Source: a virus (Duplodnaviria > Caudoviricetes). Taken from it: a DNA stretch of 50,319 nucleotides. Under the pieces are notes generated by a model, which saw only the letters and a program-made list of their open reading frames with translations, made no database searches and was not told the origin of the DNA. Location of the stretch: the IMG/VR virus record IMGVR_UViG_3300046780_000444, positions 1 through 50,319 of that record; one strand, 5' to 3'. This document shows positions 16,601-25,561 of this stretch, piece after piece. Each line of letters starts with the position of its first letter. Within the stretch, counting starts at the first letter, position 1. The position numbers and the translations under genes are program-made.

Positions 16601-19600
16601 CCAGCTCCTTCAAGACGCGGCTCTGGAAATCGATCGCGCGCGCGATGCCTCTGCCCACCGGCGTCTTCATCGCGTTGGGCGCGGTCACGGGCCAGTGATG
16701 CTTATCGGACTTGCCGTAATCGGTCCAATCACCGGGCGGCTTGCCGTTGTTAAAGATCTGCTCGTTGGCGATCGCCTCGTTGAGGTCGTCCAGCGCCTTG
16801 AAGATCTGCGCGCGGTCGTCCTCTTTGGGGTAGATCATCTTGAGGATCTTGACGTTTTCTTCGAGGTAGGCCGCATTCGGCATGACGATGCCGCGGGGGT
16901 CTTGTCCCGCCTGCTCCATCTTTTCCGACATATGCGCCTCGCCCGCGCGCGCCATCATCTCGTGCGCGCTGGCGAAGTAGCGCACCCCTTTGGGCCGCGG
17001 GTCGTAGCTCGCGCTCTGCTCGCGGTACTTGCTGAGCTGGATCGGCAGCTTGGTGCCGCCCTTGTCGAGCAATTCCAGCTCGCGCTGCGCGTCCCGGGCG
17101 GCTTTGGTCGGGTTGCCCTTGGCGTCGATCTCTTGCGCCTTGTTCTCCAAGCCGAGCCGCGCCGCGACCAGGGCGGGCTTGTCGAAGAACATCGTGTTGA
17201 TGAGCCGCGCGAACGCGCCTTCGACCGGATCCTTCGGCCGCAGCTCGCCGCCGCGCGCGTATTGCGTCAAGAGCCGGTTCATGACGCTGGGGTTGCCGGT
17301 CAGCCGCTCCGACAGCGCGTGGTCCCGCGCATGGATCCACTCGTGACCGAAGCTGTTGGCTCCGGCCATGACCTCGATCTCGCCGCTGCGCCGCCCCAGC
17401 CGATAGAGCCCGTAATAGGGCCGCTTGCCTTGCGGGACCAAGGTCAGCGACAGCTTGCCGTTGAGGCTGGCCTGCTCCGGCGGCAGGTTGAGCGCCTTCA
17501 TGCCGTCGTGCATGGCCCGCACCATGTCGAGCATCGCTTGCTGCGCGATATGCCGGTCGACTGGCGACGGGTTATCCGAGCCTTCCTTCCCGCCTTCAAG
17601 GCGCACGTCCTTGAAGCCGAATTTGTCCTTCAGGTGCTGCAGGATGATGTTGTTCTGGCGCTCGATCGGCAGGCTCGCCGCCGTGTCGGGATCGATGGGC
17701 TTGCCGGTCTTCTTGTCGGTTACGTCTTTGAAGATCGAGCGCCAGACGCTGGTCCCGTCGTTGAAATGGTAATCGTCCGTGGTCCGCGCGCGGTTGACCG
17801 GGAGCGGCCCGATGAACGGCTCCTTGATGCCGCCCTGACGCTCGCCCTTGCCGGGGGTCATGCCGCGCATCCGCCCGATCTGGGCGCTGACCTTGGTGAG
17901 CTTGTTCTGTAGCTGGACCAGCTCCGCGGGCTTGCCGCGCGCCTGATCGAGTTTTGCCGTCAGCGCATCGCGGGTGGCCGTGAGCTTGGAAAGCTGAGCT
18001 TGCGCCTCTTTGGTGCCGCCGAGCGGCGCGGCCGCGATATCGGGGTGGGGCTCCGGCGCGTTGGGATCGCCGTAGAGCGCGTGCTGCCGGTTCGCCTCTG
18101 CAGCTGAGTGCTCGGCTGCGAGGTCGCTCTGCAGCTTTGCCTGCTGATCCTTGAAGCCCTGGATCGTGTCGCGGTGCGCGAGCAGCTTTGCGGATGGCTT
18201 GATCGCTTGGTTCTTGCGCGCGGCCATCTTCCGCTCGACCGCTTCGGCTTTGGCGATCTTCTCGTTGATCTGATCGAGCTGCGCCTGCCGGATGGCGACG
18301 CGGCCCCCGGTGCGCTGCTGGATCGCGTCGCGCTGCTGGTGGAGATCCTGCATCTCCCGGGTCTGCTCGGGCGTGCGGTCTTGGCCGAGCGCTTCGAGCT
18401 TATCGAGGCGCGCGCCGATGCTCTCGGGGTGAGGATTGGTCCCGTCGTATTTGGGACCAGGCTCAGCGCCGGGACCAGGCTCAGCGCCGGGACCAGCGCC
18501 GGGACCAGGCTCAGCGCTGGGACCAGCTTCTCGACCAGGCGGGACCACTTCAGCGCCTGGTCCCAGCTCATGGTCCCCTTTAGCGGGCTCCTTAGGGTGT
18601 TCATCCGTGCCAATTGCCACGGGCTTCGTGCCAATTGCCTCGGGGCCAGGGGCCGTAATTGGCTCGGATTTCGGCCCCTCGGCATTACGCCGGTTAAGGC
18701 GTTCTTCGGCAAGGGCGCGCGCCTGCTCCGGGGTATCCCCGACCGCCACCACATGCCCTTGCTCGTTCTTGGCGACGTATTGGCCTGGGACTTCGTGATC
18801 GGCCTCGATCTTCAGCGCCTCGGAGCGGATCGCGGGACCTTTGGGGGCGGGACCTTCGGTAGCCCCTACGCGGGGGGCGGCTCCTTCGGCTGGCGCAGAA
18901 GCGCCCTTAGCTCCTTGATCTCCGCGCGCGCCATCTCCCTGATCTCCGGGGCTGACACCGCGTCCGAGTTCCGGCCGCTGAACTCCTTCAGCAGGCGCCG
19001 CGCCTGGCGCAGCCTCTGGACCGGGTCGTCCGGGAGCGGTACGAGTGAGGTCATCGGCGGGCGTTCTAGCCCCTTCAGATGGAGGTGTCGATGGTGCACG
19101 AGGTTCAGCCCCTGGGACCCCTGCTGTTTCACGGGGAGCGCCTGCTGGGGGCGTTGGCGGAAGCTCCCCTGTCGGCATGGGACGCCCCGGTGCTTGGGGC
19201 TCTGGCGGCGGTGCTGGTGTCGCTCCGGCAGGCTCTATACTCGGAGACGTTTCCGACGGCCGGGGGACCGCGCTGGGCTCGGCCGTCACTGGCGCAGGTG
19301 TCGCGGGCGCAGCTTCTCCTGCACCGGCTGGCGGGGCACCTTCGGCGCTGGCTGGACGAGGCTCCGGCTGATCCGGCTGCGGCGCAGCAGCGCCAGGAAC
19401 GGCAATCGCGATGGGCACTGGCATCGTCTCAGGTCGAGGCGCTGGCGGTGCAGCCGCTGGCGGGGCTTCGATCGGCGGTGCCGCAGTCCCGGGCATAACC
19501 CGCTCCTGCGGGAGCGGTGGACTGCCGAACTGGCTCGGCTGCGGGCTGTTGATGTCCATGCCTTGCGGGGAGCCCGGAAGCGGCAACCGCTCAGGTCCGG

Positions 19601-20630
19601 TCGTGGTCAGGCCGCTGGCGCCGGGCGCCTTGATCGCGGCTTCTCTTTCCACGTCAGCGGGTGACTGGAACTTGCCGGGCGGGGCAAAGGGCGCGGGCTC
19701 GCGCTTGAGGGCGCCATGCGCCCCGGCAAAGCCAGCGCCGGTGATGGCGCTTTGCGAAGCTTGCTCCAAGACATCCCCCAGCGAGGGCGGCTTCTCGCCC
19801 AGCGCCAGGGGCACGCCGACCTGCGTGGCCGCGCCCGAGACGGCCTGCGCGCCCGCCTGAAAGAGCATTTTGCTGATGATGTTCTTGAGCGGAATGCCGA
19901 TCCAGGGCGCGGCCTCGAACAAGGGCGCCGTCGCCGCGACGATCGCGCTGGTGGCCGCGGCGTGCTTCCAGGCGTAAGCGACGGCGTCGTCGTGGCTCAG
20001 TCCTTGAGCGCTCGCCTGCAGGAAGGCGGGCTTCAAATCGTAGGCCAGGGACGTCAAGCCCATGCCACCGGCGCCGCCTATGGCGGCACCGATGGGCCCA
20101 CCCACCGCAAAGCCCGCGCCCGCGCCGCCTAAGCCAGCCGCCAGCATCGGGCCCGAGCCGCCGATGCCCTGGCCGAGCTGGTGCATATAGCTCTGCTCGG
20201 GCTCCGGCTGCGCGCCTGGGGCTGGCGGCGTAAAGATATTCCCCGTCGCGATGTTCTTGGTCTCTTGCACGCTTCCGGTGAAGCCGGAGCCGACCCCGCT
20301 GAAGAAGCCGGTCTCTTTGGACGGCGCCGCCGCGGGGTCGGTGCTCTGGTCCTGACTTGCTGGCGCAGACGCAGGCGCTTTTAGGATGGCATAGCCATTG
20401 GCGTCGACCAGGGGGACTGAAGCAGGCGCATCTGCAAGCGCGACAGACGACGTTGATGCAGGCGCAGGCGCGGGCGCAGGCGTCGCTTTTAGGATGGCAT
20501 AACCATTGGCGTCGACCAGGGGGACTGAAGCCGCCGCAGGCGTTGGCGCAGGCGCAGGCGCAGGCGCAGGCGTTTTTAGGATGGCATAGCCGTTGGCATC
20601 GATGAGAGGCACACCGCCGCTATCGGGCAT
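13683..20630 (-). CDS. Giant internal virion/ejection protein (~2315 aa) with zincin HExxH and LPD1-like region
   Basis: Start moved to ATG 20630 (MPDSGG); Gly/Ala hydrophobic segments; SFGHEWIHARDH and YFASAHEMMARAGE motifs; last gene of virion operon. Confidence 0.8.
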   Translation of the reverse strand: MPDSGGVPLIDANGYAILKTPAPAPAPAPTPAAASVPLVDANGYAILKATPAPAPAPASTSSVALADAPASVPLVDANGYAILKAPASAPASQDQSTDPAAAPSKETGFFSGVGSGFTGSVQETKNIATGNIFTPPAPGAQPEPEQSYMHQLGQGIGGSGPMLAAGLGGAGAGFAVGGPIGAAIGGAGGMGLTSLAYDLKPAFLQASAQGLSHDDAVAYAWKHAAATSAIVAATAPLFEAAPWIGIPLKNIISKMLFQAGAQAVSGAATQVGVPLALGEKPPSLGDVLEQASQSAITGAGFAGAHGALKREPAPFAPPGKFQSPADVEREAAIKAPGASGLTTTGPERLPLPGSPQGMDINSPQPSQFGSPPLPQERVMPGTAAPPIEAPPAAAPPAPRPETMPVPIAIAVPGAAAPQPDQPEPRPASAEGAPPAGAGEAAPATPAPVTAEPSAVPRPSETSPSIEPAGATPAPPPEPQAPGRPMPTGELPPTPPAGAPRETAGVPGAEPRAPSTPPSEGARTPADDLTRTAPGRPGPEAAPGAAPAEGVQRPELGRGVSPGDQGDGARGDQGAKGASAPAEGAAPRVGATEGPAPKGPAIRSEALKIEADHEVPGQYVAKNEQGHVVAVGDTPEQARALAEERLNRRNAEGPKSEPITAPGPEAIGTKPVAIGTDEHPKEPAKGDHELGPGAEVVPPGREAGPSAEPGPGAGPGAEPGPGAEPGPKYDGTNPHPESIGARLDKLEALGQDRTPEQTREMQDLHQQRDAIQQRTGGRVAIRQAQLDQINEKIAKAEAVERKMAARKNQAIKPSAKLLAHRDTIQGFKDQQAKLQSDLAAEHSAAEANRQHALYGDPNAPEPHPDIAAAPLGGTKEAQAQLSKLTATRDALTAKLDQARGKPAELVQLQNKLTKVSAQIGRMRGMTPGKGERQGGIKEPFIGPLPVNRARTTDDYHFNDGTSVWRSIFKDVTDKKTGKPIDPDTAASLPIERQNNIILQHLKDKFGFKDVRLEGGKEGSDNPSPVDRHIAQQAMLDMVRAMHDGMKALNLPPEQASLNGKLSLTLVPQGKRPYYGLYRLGRRSGEIEVMAGANSFGHEWIHARDHALSERLTGNPSVMNRLLTQYARGGELRPKDPVEGAFARLINTMFFDKPALVAARLGLENKAQEIDAKGNPTKAARDAQRELELLDKGGTKLPIQLSKYREQSASYDPRPKGVRYFASAHEMMARAGEAHMSEKMEQAGQDPRGIVMPNAAYLEENVKILKMIYPKEDDRAQIFKALDDLNEAIANEQIFNNGKPPGDWTDYGKSDKHHWPVTAPNAMKTPVGRGIARAIDFQSRVLKELDPRDKTRPKNPQSLVTRIQDKVFRAHMGSSHGFMKAIIERSPEKARAYLQSILDSLASAPGEGRYTVENFEERVRNVGREFTRRMGNIMQASGLVPGKMSIEESQMLHHVLTVGTPDFPIDPNNPAAGTKPIPGNILAAAGNMRDLLNEAWAMSRKAGLDIGFAKSGYFPRVYDLAKIMADGNGFHASAKELHQLMFDQELGPAGSNPEALFEKWSNGVKAEDKRLTGGAQLRAPFAALGRNLARQREIEAAGGPRTPVEQAELKQLQRDATDLATTLHPKLSEHLAELNADDWRNRMTSGEPTSFDKSGPSGRFLNARVLPPEADRIMRDWMWTDPAVALPHYFDGVARRVAQANLFGADGKLLEQQLRMAKAEGVSDADANLFREMANNVMGRNQERGSSQLQSLHQIAHALGSIALMPRAMWASWAEPMNAALATGDMRTGFKSFALQMEALTRSASARERTELAQFLNVITTPMHDSVMLSRMGADYSDSPNIQRFMTKYYRVSGLTWLTNAQRVASMGANHWFLTKLARDYTSTEISTHAKHAREDAARWFNELGVAGGGHPEFADWLLQHDTAPNARAIENDPMRSTYGLAIRRLVDRSIQDPYKVDRAIGASRPIIGLMFQLMSFNYQFNRNVLMPTMERIKHDFGRSQQEALDAGRGTIGALGRGAFGAAGTSIHTGMAVGAIVGANVMASTVRQLLFAPDQVKQHLEDGDLPSYLLNLGFGRSGLNGPLDPLVQVATHLRYNADIASLINGPSLTWALSNMNAIVQGFIGPETDTNTRLYNAWRGAFNLIGVPLAAYGLTALGTVGGPITRVAAGAALQLGTSPHAANVAATYLAGGPKGTKAAPPDTGEGGLKSLDDERKTAGLKSLDEMAKENADTGSGGRDGSGPGVGPGGAGFGWGIADDIAVPAARYGAAPVARYASGLPWPVKALGVAAGLGYGVHKAAQARAPFVDQPAPEHPQHH
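18453..18525 (-). repeat. Intragenic (GAE)PGP tandem repeats
   Basis: GGGACCAGGCTCAGCGCC 18-bp units plus a 12-bp variant. Confidence 0.8.
20378..20612 (-). repeat. Three copies of VPL(I/V)DANGYAILK separated by Pro/Ala linkers
   Basis: TTTTAGGATGGCATA(G/A)CC(A/G)TTGGC repeated at about 20378, 20486 and 20574. Confidence 0.9.
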
Positions 20631-20635
20631 GGATC

Positions 20636-21199
20636 TCAGCCCCCCAGCCGCCGGGCCAGCATGAGCTGCGCCCCCGGCATCAGCGGCACGCGCATAGGCG
20701 TGGCGGGCCCAGGCTCGGGAATGGCCTGGGACAAGGCGCCCATGCCGGGCGGGCTCCACGCGCTCTCTCGCATCGCGGCGAAGGCTCGTGGATCCATGCT
20801 TGGCGCGGCAAGGGCGGCCGGAGTTGCAGCGGGCGGCTGCGGAATTGAGACCGGGGCGTCTTGGGTCGCTCCCGATAGCGCTGGTCCGGGACCAGTCTGC
20901 TGCCCTTGGTTGCCCGATAGATACGCCGACAACCTTGGATTGCAGCCGGGGCAAGTCCAGTCGCCGAGCCCTCGCTTCGATACCGCTTGGGCAAAGACCT
21001 GGTCCTGGACCTCGGGCGGCGCCGATGCCGCCGTCGGATACTGCCCGGTATCGACGCCGATTTGCGAGGCGTACTGCCGCCAGGTCGGCGTGATGAACTG
21101 ATACGCGCCCGACGCCGACGTATTCGGGTTCTGCGCGCCGTAATCGCCGCCGCTCTCGAAGCGCTTAACGACGGCGGCCATGTCGGCGACGGAAGCCAT
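20636..21199 (-). CDS. Virion-associated lytic transglycosylase (Rpf/lysozyme-like)
   Basis: FESGGDY...N...ASGAYQFITPTW...AASAPPEVQD...GLGDWTC. Confidence 0.8.
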   Translation of the reverse strand: MASVADMAAVVKRFESGGDYGAQNPNTSASGAYQFITPTWRQYASQIGVDTGQYPTAASAPPEVQDQVFAQAVSKRGLGDWTCPGCNPRLSAYLSGNQGQQTGPGPALSGATQDAPVSIPQPPAATPAALAAPSMDPRAFAAMRESAWSPPGMGALSQAIPEPGPATPMRVPLMPGAQLMLARRLGG

Positions 21200-23520
21200 T
21201 AGCGTCCTGTCGGGTAGACAAACCCGTTAATAACAAGCGCTGGGCTGTCGTCATTAAGTGTTGTGGGACCGTCCCTTGTGCCCGGCGGCGCCTGCGCGAT
21301 AGCCCCTGCTGGCAGCCGCGGGGCTGCCTTCGGAGCCGCCGCAGAGGCGGCTGCGATCGACCGCTGTCTCGCGTCGAGTAGGGAGCCAAACACGGATTGG
21401 TTCCCAAGCGGCGCCACGGTGGGATCGCCGGGCGCTTGCTGTCTTTCCTGAAAGATACTGCTGACCCCGGAGCCGACAGCGCTGGCAGCGGAACCGACAG
21501 CAGACTGACCGCTGGGTTCCGCGGCGGCGGGCGCTGCAGCGCCCGTCACCACGGGCGGCGTCGGCGTCGCCGTCTGCGCTGGCGTCGCCGTCTGCGCTGG
21601 CGTCGCCGTCTGCGCTGGCGTCGCCGTCTGCGCTGGCGTCGCCGTCTGCGCTGGTGTCGCCGTCTGCGCTGGCGTCGCCGTCTGCGCTGGCGTCGCCGTC
21701 TGCGCTGGCGTCGTCTGGGATGTCGGCGTGCCGCTGGTCTTGGTTCCGGAAGCGCCGGGCTCCTTCTGGATCAAGCCGATCATCAAATGCTGCTCGGACT
21801 TGCCGCCGGTCGGCTGGAAAAGGCTCAGCTTGGGGTTGCCGAACAAAGCGCCTGTGACCTTGGGGCCCCAATTACCGCGCATCTCGTTGACCTGATCGAC
21901 GCTCGGCACTAGGCCCTTGTCCTGCAGCATCTGGATCGCGACCTCGTGCGCCCGTCCTGGATTGTTGCGGTAGGCGAGGCTCTTGGATTGCAGCTCCTCG
22001 ACGAGATCGTCGATCGCCTTCTGCGCATCCGGCTTGAACGCGATCGGGTTGGTGAGGCCGGTCGGTGCTTTGCCCGGGTCTGGCCTCGGAAAGAGCCGCT
22101 GGTCGGTGATGTAATCGTTCTGCTGCTGCTTGTGATAAGCGTCCTGGTCGATCGGCTTCGGCACGGACGCGACGGCGGTATACCGCTCGATCAGATCCTT
22201 CCGCCGCGCCTCGTTCGTCTCGGCGCCGATCGCCGCCTGCATCGCCGCGGTCCATTGCTCCGTCGTCTTGGGCATCTCGATATAATTGTTGGCTTTGGCA
22301 GTATCGGCATCGGTGTTGATCGGCACTCCCGGGTTTTTATAATCCATGTAGGTGCCGCGGGCGCCGCCTTGCGTCTGCTTGGTCTGCGCGACGCCCGCAT
22401 CGTAGGCGGTGGCGCCTTGCGGCATCGGATCGCCGTGACGATGATCGACCACGGTCCCGTCCGCCAGCTGGATCTTATCGTATGCGTTATCCGCGTTCGC
22501 TCGGCTGACATCGAGCGCGCTTTTCGCTGTCGTGTCGGCAACGGCTTGCCTGCCTGCGACTTCAGTGGTGGCGACGCCTTGCCTGCCCGCGACGTCGATA
22601 TTGGCGACGGTCTGCGCGCTCTGGTTCGCCAGCCTCTGATTGTGGGATGAGGCTTCCCCCGCGCTGGCCAAAAGATCATCCGCCATCGATTGCGTGATCC
22701 GGCCGGTCGCGACGGCTTGCATGATCACGGCTTTGTTCTGTGCATAGATCTGATCGGCGGGGACGTGCGCCTGGATCTGCATCGCCGTCAGCTTTGCCAT
22801 GTCGAGCCCGAGCGGCGACTGCGAGCCGTTATGCGCGGCAGGCGGGGCATGGATCGTGCCGCCGCCGCCCGTGGAAATGCTGGCCGGGCTGATGACCCCG
22901 CTCAGGCTACCCTGCTGGCCCGTCGCCGTGCCGCCATTGGTCAGCGTTGTATTCGGCGCCGGGGCCGCGCCCTCGGTCGGGGGCGAAGCGGGCGGCAGCG
23001 GCGCTCCTGGCGAGTTCTCCACCTTCGTCGCAAAGTTTTGCATCGTCTGCGCAGGCGTTGCCGTAGGCTGCACCCAATGCCCCGGGACCGTCTGGCCAGT
23101 AGGTGCGACTTGGACGTTGATCGAAGCACGCGGATCTCCTGGCGGTGCTCCTTGCCCTGGTATCGGCATCGGCGCCACCGCAGCCGCGAGGCTCGGCGTC
23201 GCAGGCGCTGCGCCGGGTGCCGCGGCTGGCGCCGCCGCAGGCCCGGGATACCGCGCAGCGACATCGTTCTGAATATACATGCCCGTGGCCGGGTCTTGCT
23301 TATAAGTCGGAGCTGACTGGTCCTGGGTATAAACTTGGTTCACCACGTCATGTCCGGCCGCCGATTGATCGCGGATCTGAGCCGCATCGGTCAGGTTCTT
23401 ACGCGCCTGCGTGCCGTAGTAATACGCCTCAGCCTGCTTGCTTGGATCCGGGATCGCGCCGAACACCGAGCTGAGCGCCTGGTCCCATTGCGGACTGCCG
23501 GTGTTGAATTGCTGGGGCAT
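21199..23520 (-). CDS. Internal virion (ejection) protein
   Basis: 773 aa, Q/A/P-rich, between ejection genes; TAATG coupling to next gene. Confidence 0.7.
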   Translation of the reverse strand: MPQQFNTGSPQWDQALSSVFGAIPDPSKQAEAYYYGTQARKNLTDAAQIRDQSAAGHDVVNQVYTQDQSAPTYKQDPATGMYIQNDVAARYPGPAAAPAAAPGAAPATPSLAAAVAPMPIPGQGAPPGDPRASINVQVAPTGQTVPGHWVQPTATPAQTMQNFATKVENSPGAPLPPASPPTEGAAPAPNTTLTNGGTATGQQGSLSGVISPASISTGGGGTIHAPPAAHNGSQSPLGLDMAKLTAMQIQAHVPADQIYAQNKAVIMQAVATGRITQSMADDLLASAGEASSHNQRLANQSAQTVANIDVAGRQGVATTEVAGRQAVADTTAKSALDVSRANADNAYDKIQLADGTVVDHRHGDPMPQGATAYDAGVAQTKQTQGGARGTYMDYKNPGVPINTDADTAKANNYIEMPKTTEQWTAAMQAAIGAETNEARRKDLIERYTAVASVPKPIDQDAYHKQQQNDYITDQRLFPRPDPGKAPTGLTNPIAFKPDAQKAIDDLVEELQSKSLAYRNNPGRAHEVAIQMLQDKGLVPSVDQVNEMRGNWGPKVTGALFGNPKLSLFQPTGGKSEQHLMIGLIQKEPGASGTKTSGTPTSQTTPAQTATPAQTATPAQTATPAQTATPAQTATPAQTATPAQTATPAQTATPTPPVVTGAAAPAAAEPSGQSAVGSAASAVGSGVSSIFQERQQAPGDPTVAPLGNQSVFGSLLDARQRSIAAASAAAPKAAPRLPAGAIAQAPPGTRDGPTTLNDDSPALVINGFVYPTGR
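21563..21706 (-). repeat. 18-bp tandem repeat x8 encoding TPAQTA
   Basis: GGCGTCGCCGTCTGCGCT x8, one copy with a single substitution. Confidence 0.95.
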
Positions 23521-23531
23521 GATGCAGAAAC

Positions 23532-24590
23532 CTAATATGCGGTTGCAGGGTCGGGCTTCGACGTAAAGAGCGAGCCGAGATTGGTCACGCTCGGATCGGC
23601 GCTGCTGGGGCCGCCGAGATAGCGCGCGCCGCCATACGCGGCGAGCTGACCGATGCCGCCGATGATGCCCGCTTGCGATTTCTGATAGGCGATATCGGCC
23701 TGCGTCTGCGCCAGCTTGTTTGCGGCTATCGTGCTCGCGTCGCTCTGCTTTAGGTTGGCAAGATCGGTGGCGTTGCCGTAGCTGAGGCCCGCGGCATCGA
23801 GCGCGCTCTGGCCCTTCGACTGCAGCAAGATGTCCTGCGCATTGCCGGTCCCGGTCGCGGCCTGATAGGCGACTTGGCTCGGCAGCAATCGCGTCGCGCT
23901 GCCTTGGCGCAGCAAATTTTCGGCCGACTGCGCGGGCATGATCCCGACCCGGTTGGCGGCGATCGCCTGATTGACGGCTTGTCCCGGCTGCTCGTAGCTC
24001 TGGACCGCCGCGATCTTCGAGCCGTAATTGCGGATATTGGTCGCGGCCTCGGCCATCCGCCGCGTCGTCGCGCCTTGCGCGACCGTGTCGCTGGTGACAG
24101 CGTTATTACCGCCCGATGGATCCGACGCCTCGGGACCTTGCGGCGCGGTCGACGCGTTGAGCAATGCCGCGGCTTGCTGCTGCGATCCGCTCTGCGCATC
24201 GGCAAGCTTCTGCTGCGTGGTCGCGTCAAGCAGCTGCTGCGCCTGCGTATCGCCGGTCTGGCGCAAGCTCTCGGCCTGCTGGTTCTCGGCCGCGAGCGTA
24301 TCCTGATAATTCTTGAGCGCGCTCATCTGGCTGGTGCGCATCTGATTGGCTGCGGCAGCACGCGTGTTGAGCGTTTCTTGCTGCGCCGCGGTCTGCGCTG
24401 AAGTCTGCTGCAGCTGAGCGTTGAGACGCTGGCCGAAAGCCTCATTCTGCGCGTTCTGCGTTGCCAGATTTGACTGGCTAATCGCGTTTGCGCTCTCCTG
24501 CGCGGCTTTCGTCTGCTGCTGCGAGGAATACAGCGTCGTAGCGGCACCGAGCGCCGCAGCTCCAATCGAGACCGAGATAGCGTCACACAT
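23532..24590 (-). CDS. Internal virion protein (T7 gp14-like)
   Basis: MCD..hydrophobic N-terminus, Gln/Ala coiled coil, Gly-rich hydrophobic C-terminus. Confidence 0.7.
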   Translation of the reverse strand: MCDAISVSIGAAALGAATTLYSSQQQTKAAQESANAISQSNLATQNAQNEAFGQRLNAQLQQTSAQTAAQQETLNTRAAAANQMRTSQMSALKNYQDTLAAENQQAESLRQTGDTQAQQLLDATTQQKLADAQSGSQQQAAALLNASTAPQGPEASDPSGGNNAVTSDTVAQGATTRRMAEAATNIRNYGSKIAAVQSYEQPGQAVNQAIAANRVGIMPAQSAENLLRQGSATRLLPSQVAYQAATGTGNAQDILLQSKGQSALDAAGLSYGNATDLANLKQSDASTIAANKLAQTQADIAYQKSQAGIIGGIGQLAAYGGARYLGGPSSADPSVTNLGSLFTSKPDPATAY

Positions 24591-24609
24591 GGCGTGATCC
24601 TCGTGTCAC

Positions 24610-25560
24610 TTACTTGGCGCTTTTTGCGTTGGGGTCGCCCGCCGACGGGCTGCCCGCCCGGCCGAGCGCGGCTTGCTGCGCGATCCCTCCGGCATTGAGC
24701 CCGCCATAGAGACTGCTGCCGGTGTTGATCAGCCCCGCGAAGATATCGCCGATCGAGTTGACTTGCGGCACACCCTGCAGGCTGGACACGGTGTCGCCCG
24801 CCGTGCTGGTCAAGCCGGTGATCGCCGAGCGCTGCGTCTGCAGCGCGTTGTTCACGTCCTCGATGTTGCTGCCCGCGATCGGCGAGCCGATGCTCTCGGA
24901 ACTCTGCACCTGGCCGAGCAGGTTTTGCTTGGTCTGCGCGACGTTGGACTGCAGCTGATTGGCGGCCTGCTGCGCCTGGGCGGTTTGCTCGGCGGTGGCG
25001 CGGCCCGCCGTCTCTTGCAGCTGCCCCGCCTGATTGATCCCGGCCTGGCTCGACGAAATACCTTGCCGCGCCAAGCCGAAAGCCAGCGCCTTTTGCGCGA
25101 TCTGCTTTTGATAGTCGATCTGGTCCTGCGCCTTCGACATATAGTCGTTGGCGTATTTCTGGAAGTAATCCGGGCTGAACGATGCGAAAGCATCGTTGAC
25201 CTTTTGCGTGCCTTCGCCGAGCAGCTGCGAGCGGCCGGTATCGTAAGCCGTCTGCCGCTCGGCCTGGTCCTGCACCTGCTTCTGCTGCTGCGCGTATTGG
25301 TCCTGCTGCGCCTGGAATTGCTGCACATTGAGCGCGTTCTGCTGATCGGCGATCTCCCTCTGCGCCGCGATCTGCTTGTCGCTGAGATCCGCCGCCGCCA
25401 TCTGCTGATATTGCGGAACCGTGATCGCGCCCCGGAGCGCATACTCGTCGGGAACACCATCTTGGACGCTTCTCGTTCCCCGGTTCCCCTGCGCGTCGAT
25501 ATAAGGTGCATCGTGTGTCGTGGGAGCGCTGCTGCCGCCACCGCCGCCGCCCATGCACAT
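24610..25560 (-). CDS. Internal virion protein
   Basis: MCMGGGGGG N-terminus, Gln-rich coiled coil; directly follows the GNAT gene. Confidence 0.7.
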   Translation of the reverse strand: MCMGGGGGGSSAPTTHDAPYIDAQGNRGTRSVQDGVPDEYALRGAITVPQYQQMAAADLSDKQIAAQREIADQQNALNVQQFQAQQDQYAQQQKQVQDQAERQTAYDTGRSQLLGEGTQKVNDAFASFSPDYFQKYANDYMSKAQDQIDYQKQIAQKALAFGLARQGISSSQAGINQAGQLQETAGRATAEQTAQAQQAANQLQSNVAQTKQNLLGQVQSSESIGSPIAGSNIEDVNNALQTQRSAITGLTSTAGDTVSSLQGVPQVNSIGDIFAGLINTGSSLYGGLNAGGIAQQAALGRAGSPSAGDPNAKSAK

Positions 25561-25561
25561 C

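Noticed and set aside
13638-19664. Long plus-strand ORFs (13638..15323, 16524..17912, 18108..19664) and similar antisense ORFs elsewhere
   Set aside because: Shadow frames of high-GC genes with no recognisable motifs or start signals
20631-20954. N-terminal 108 aa of the 2423-aa ORF as given in the track
   Set aside because: Overlaps the transglycosylase gene in another frame; ATG 20630 just after its stop is more plausible
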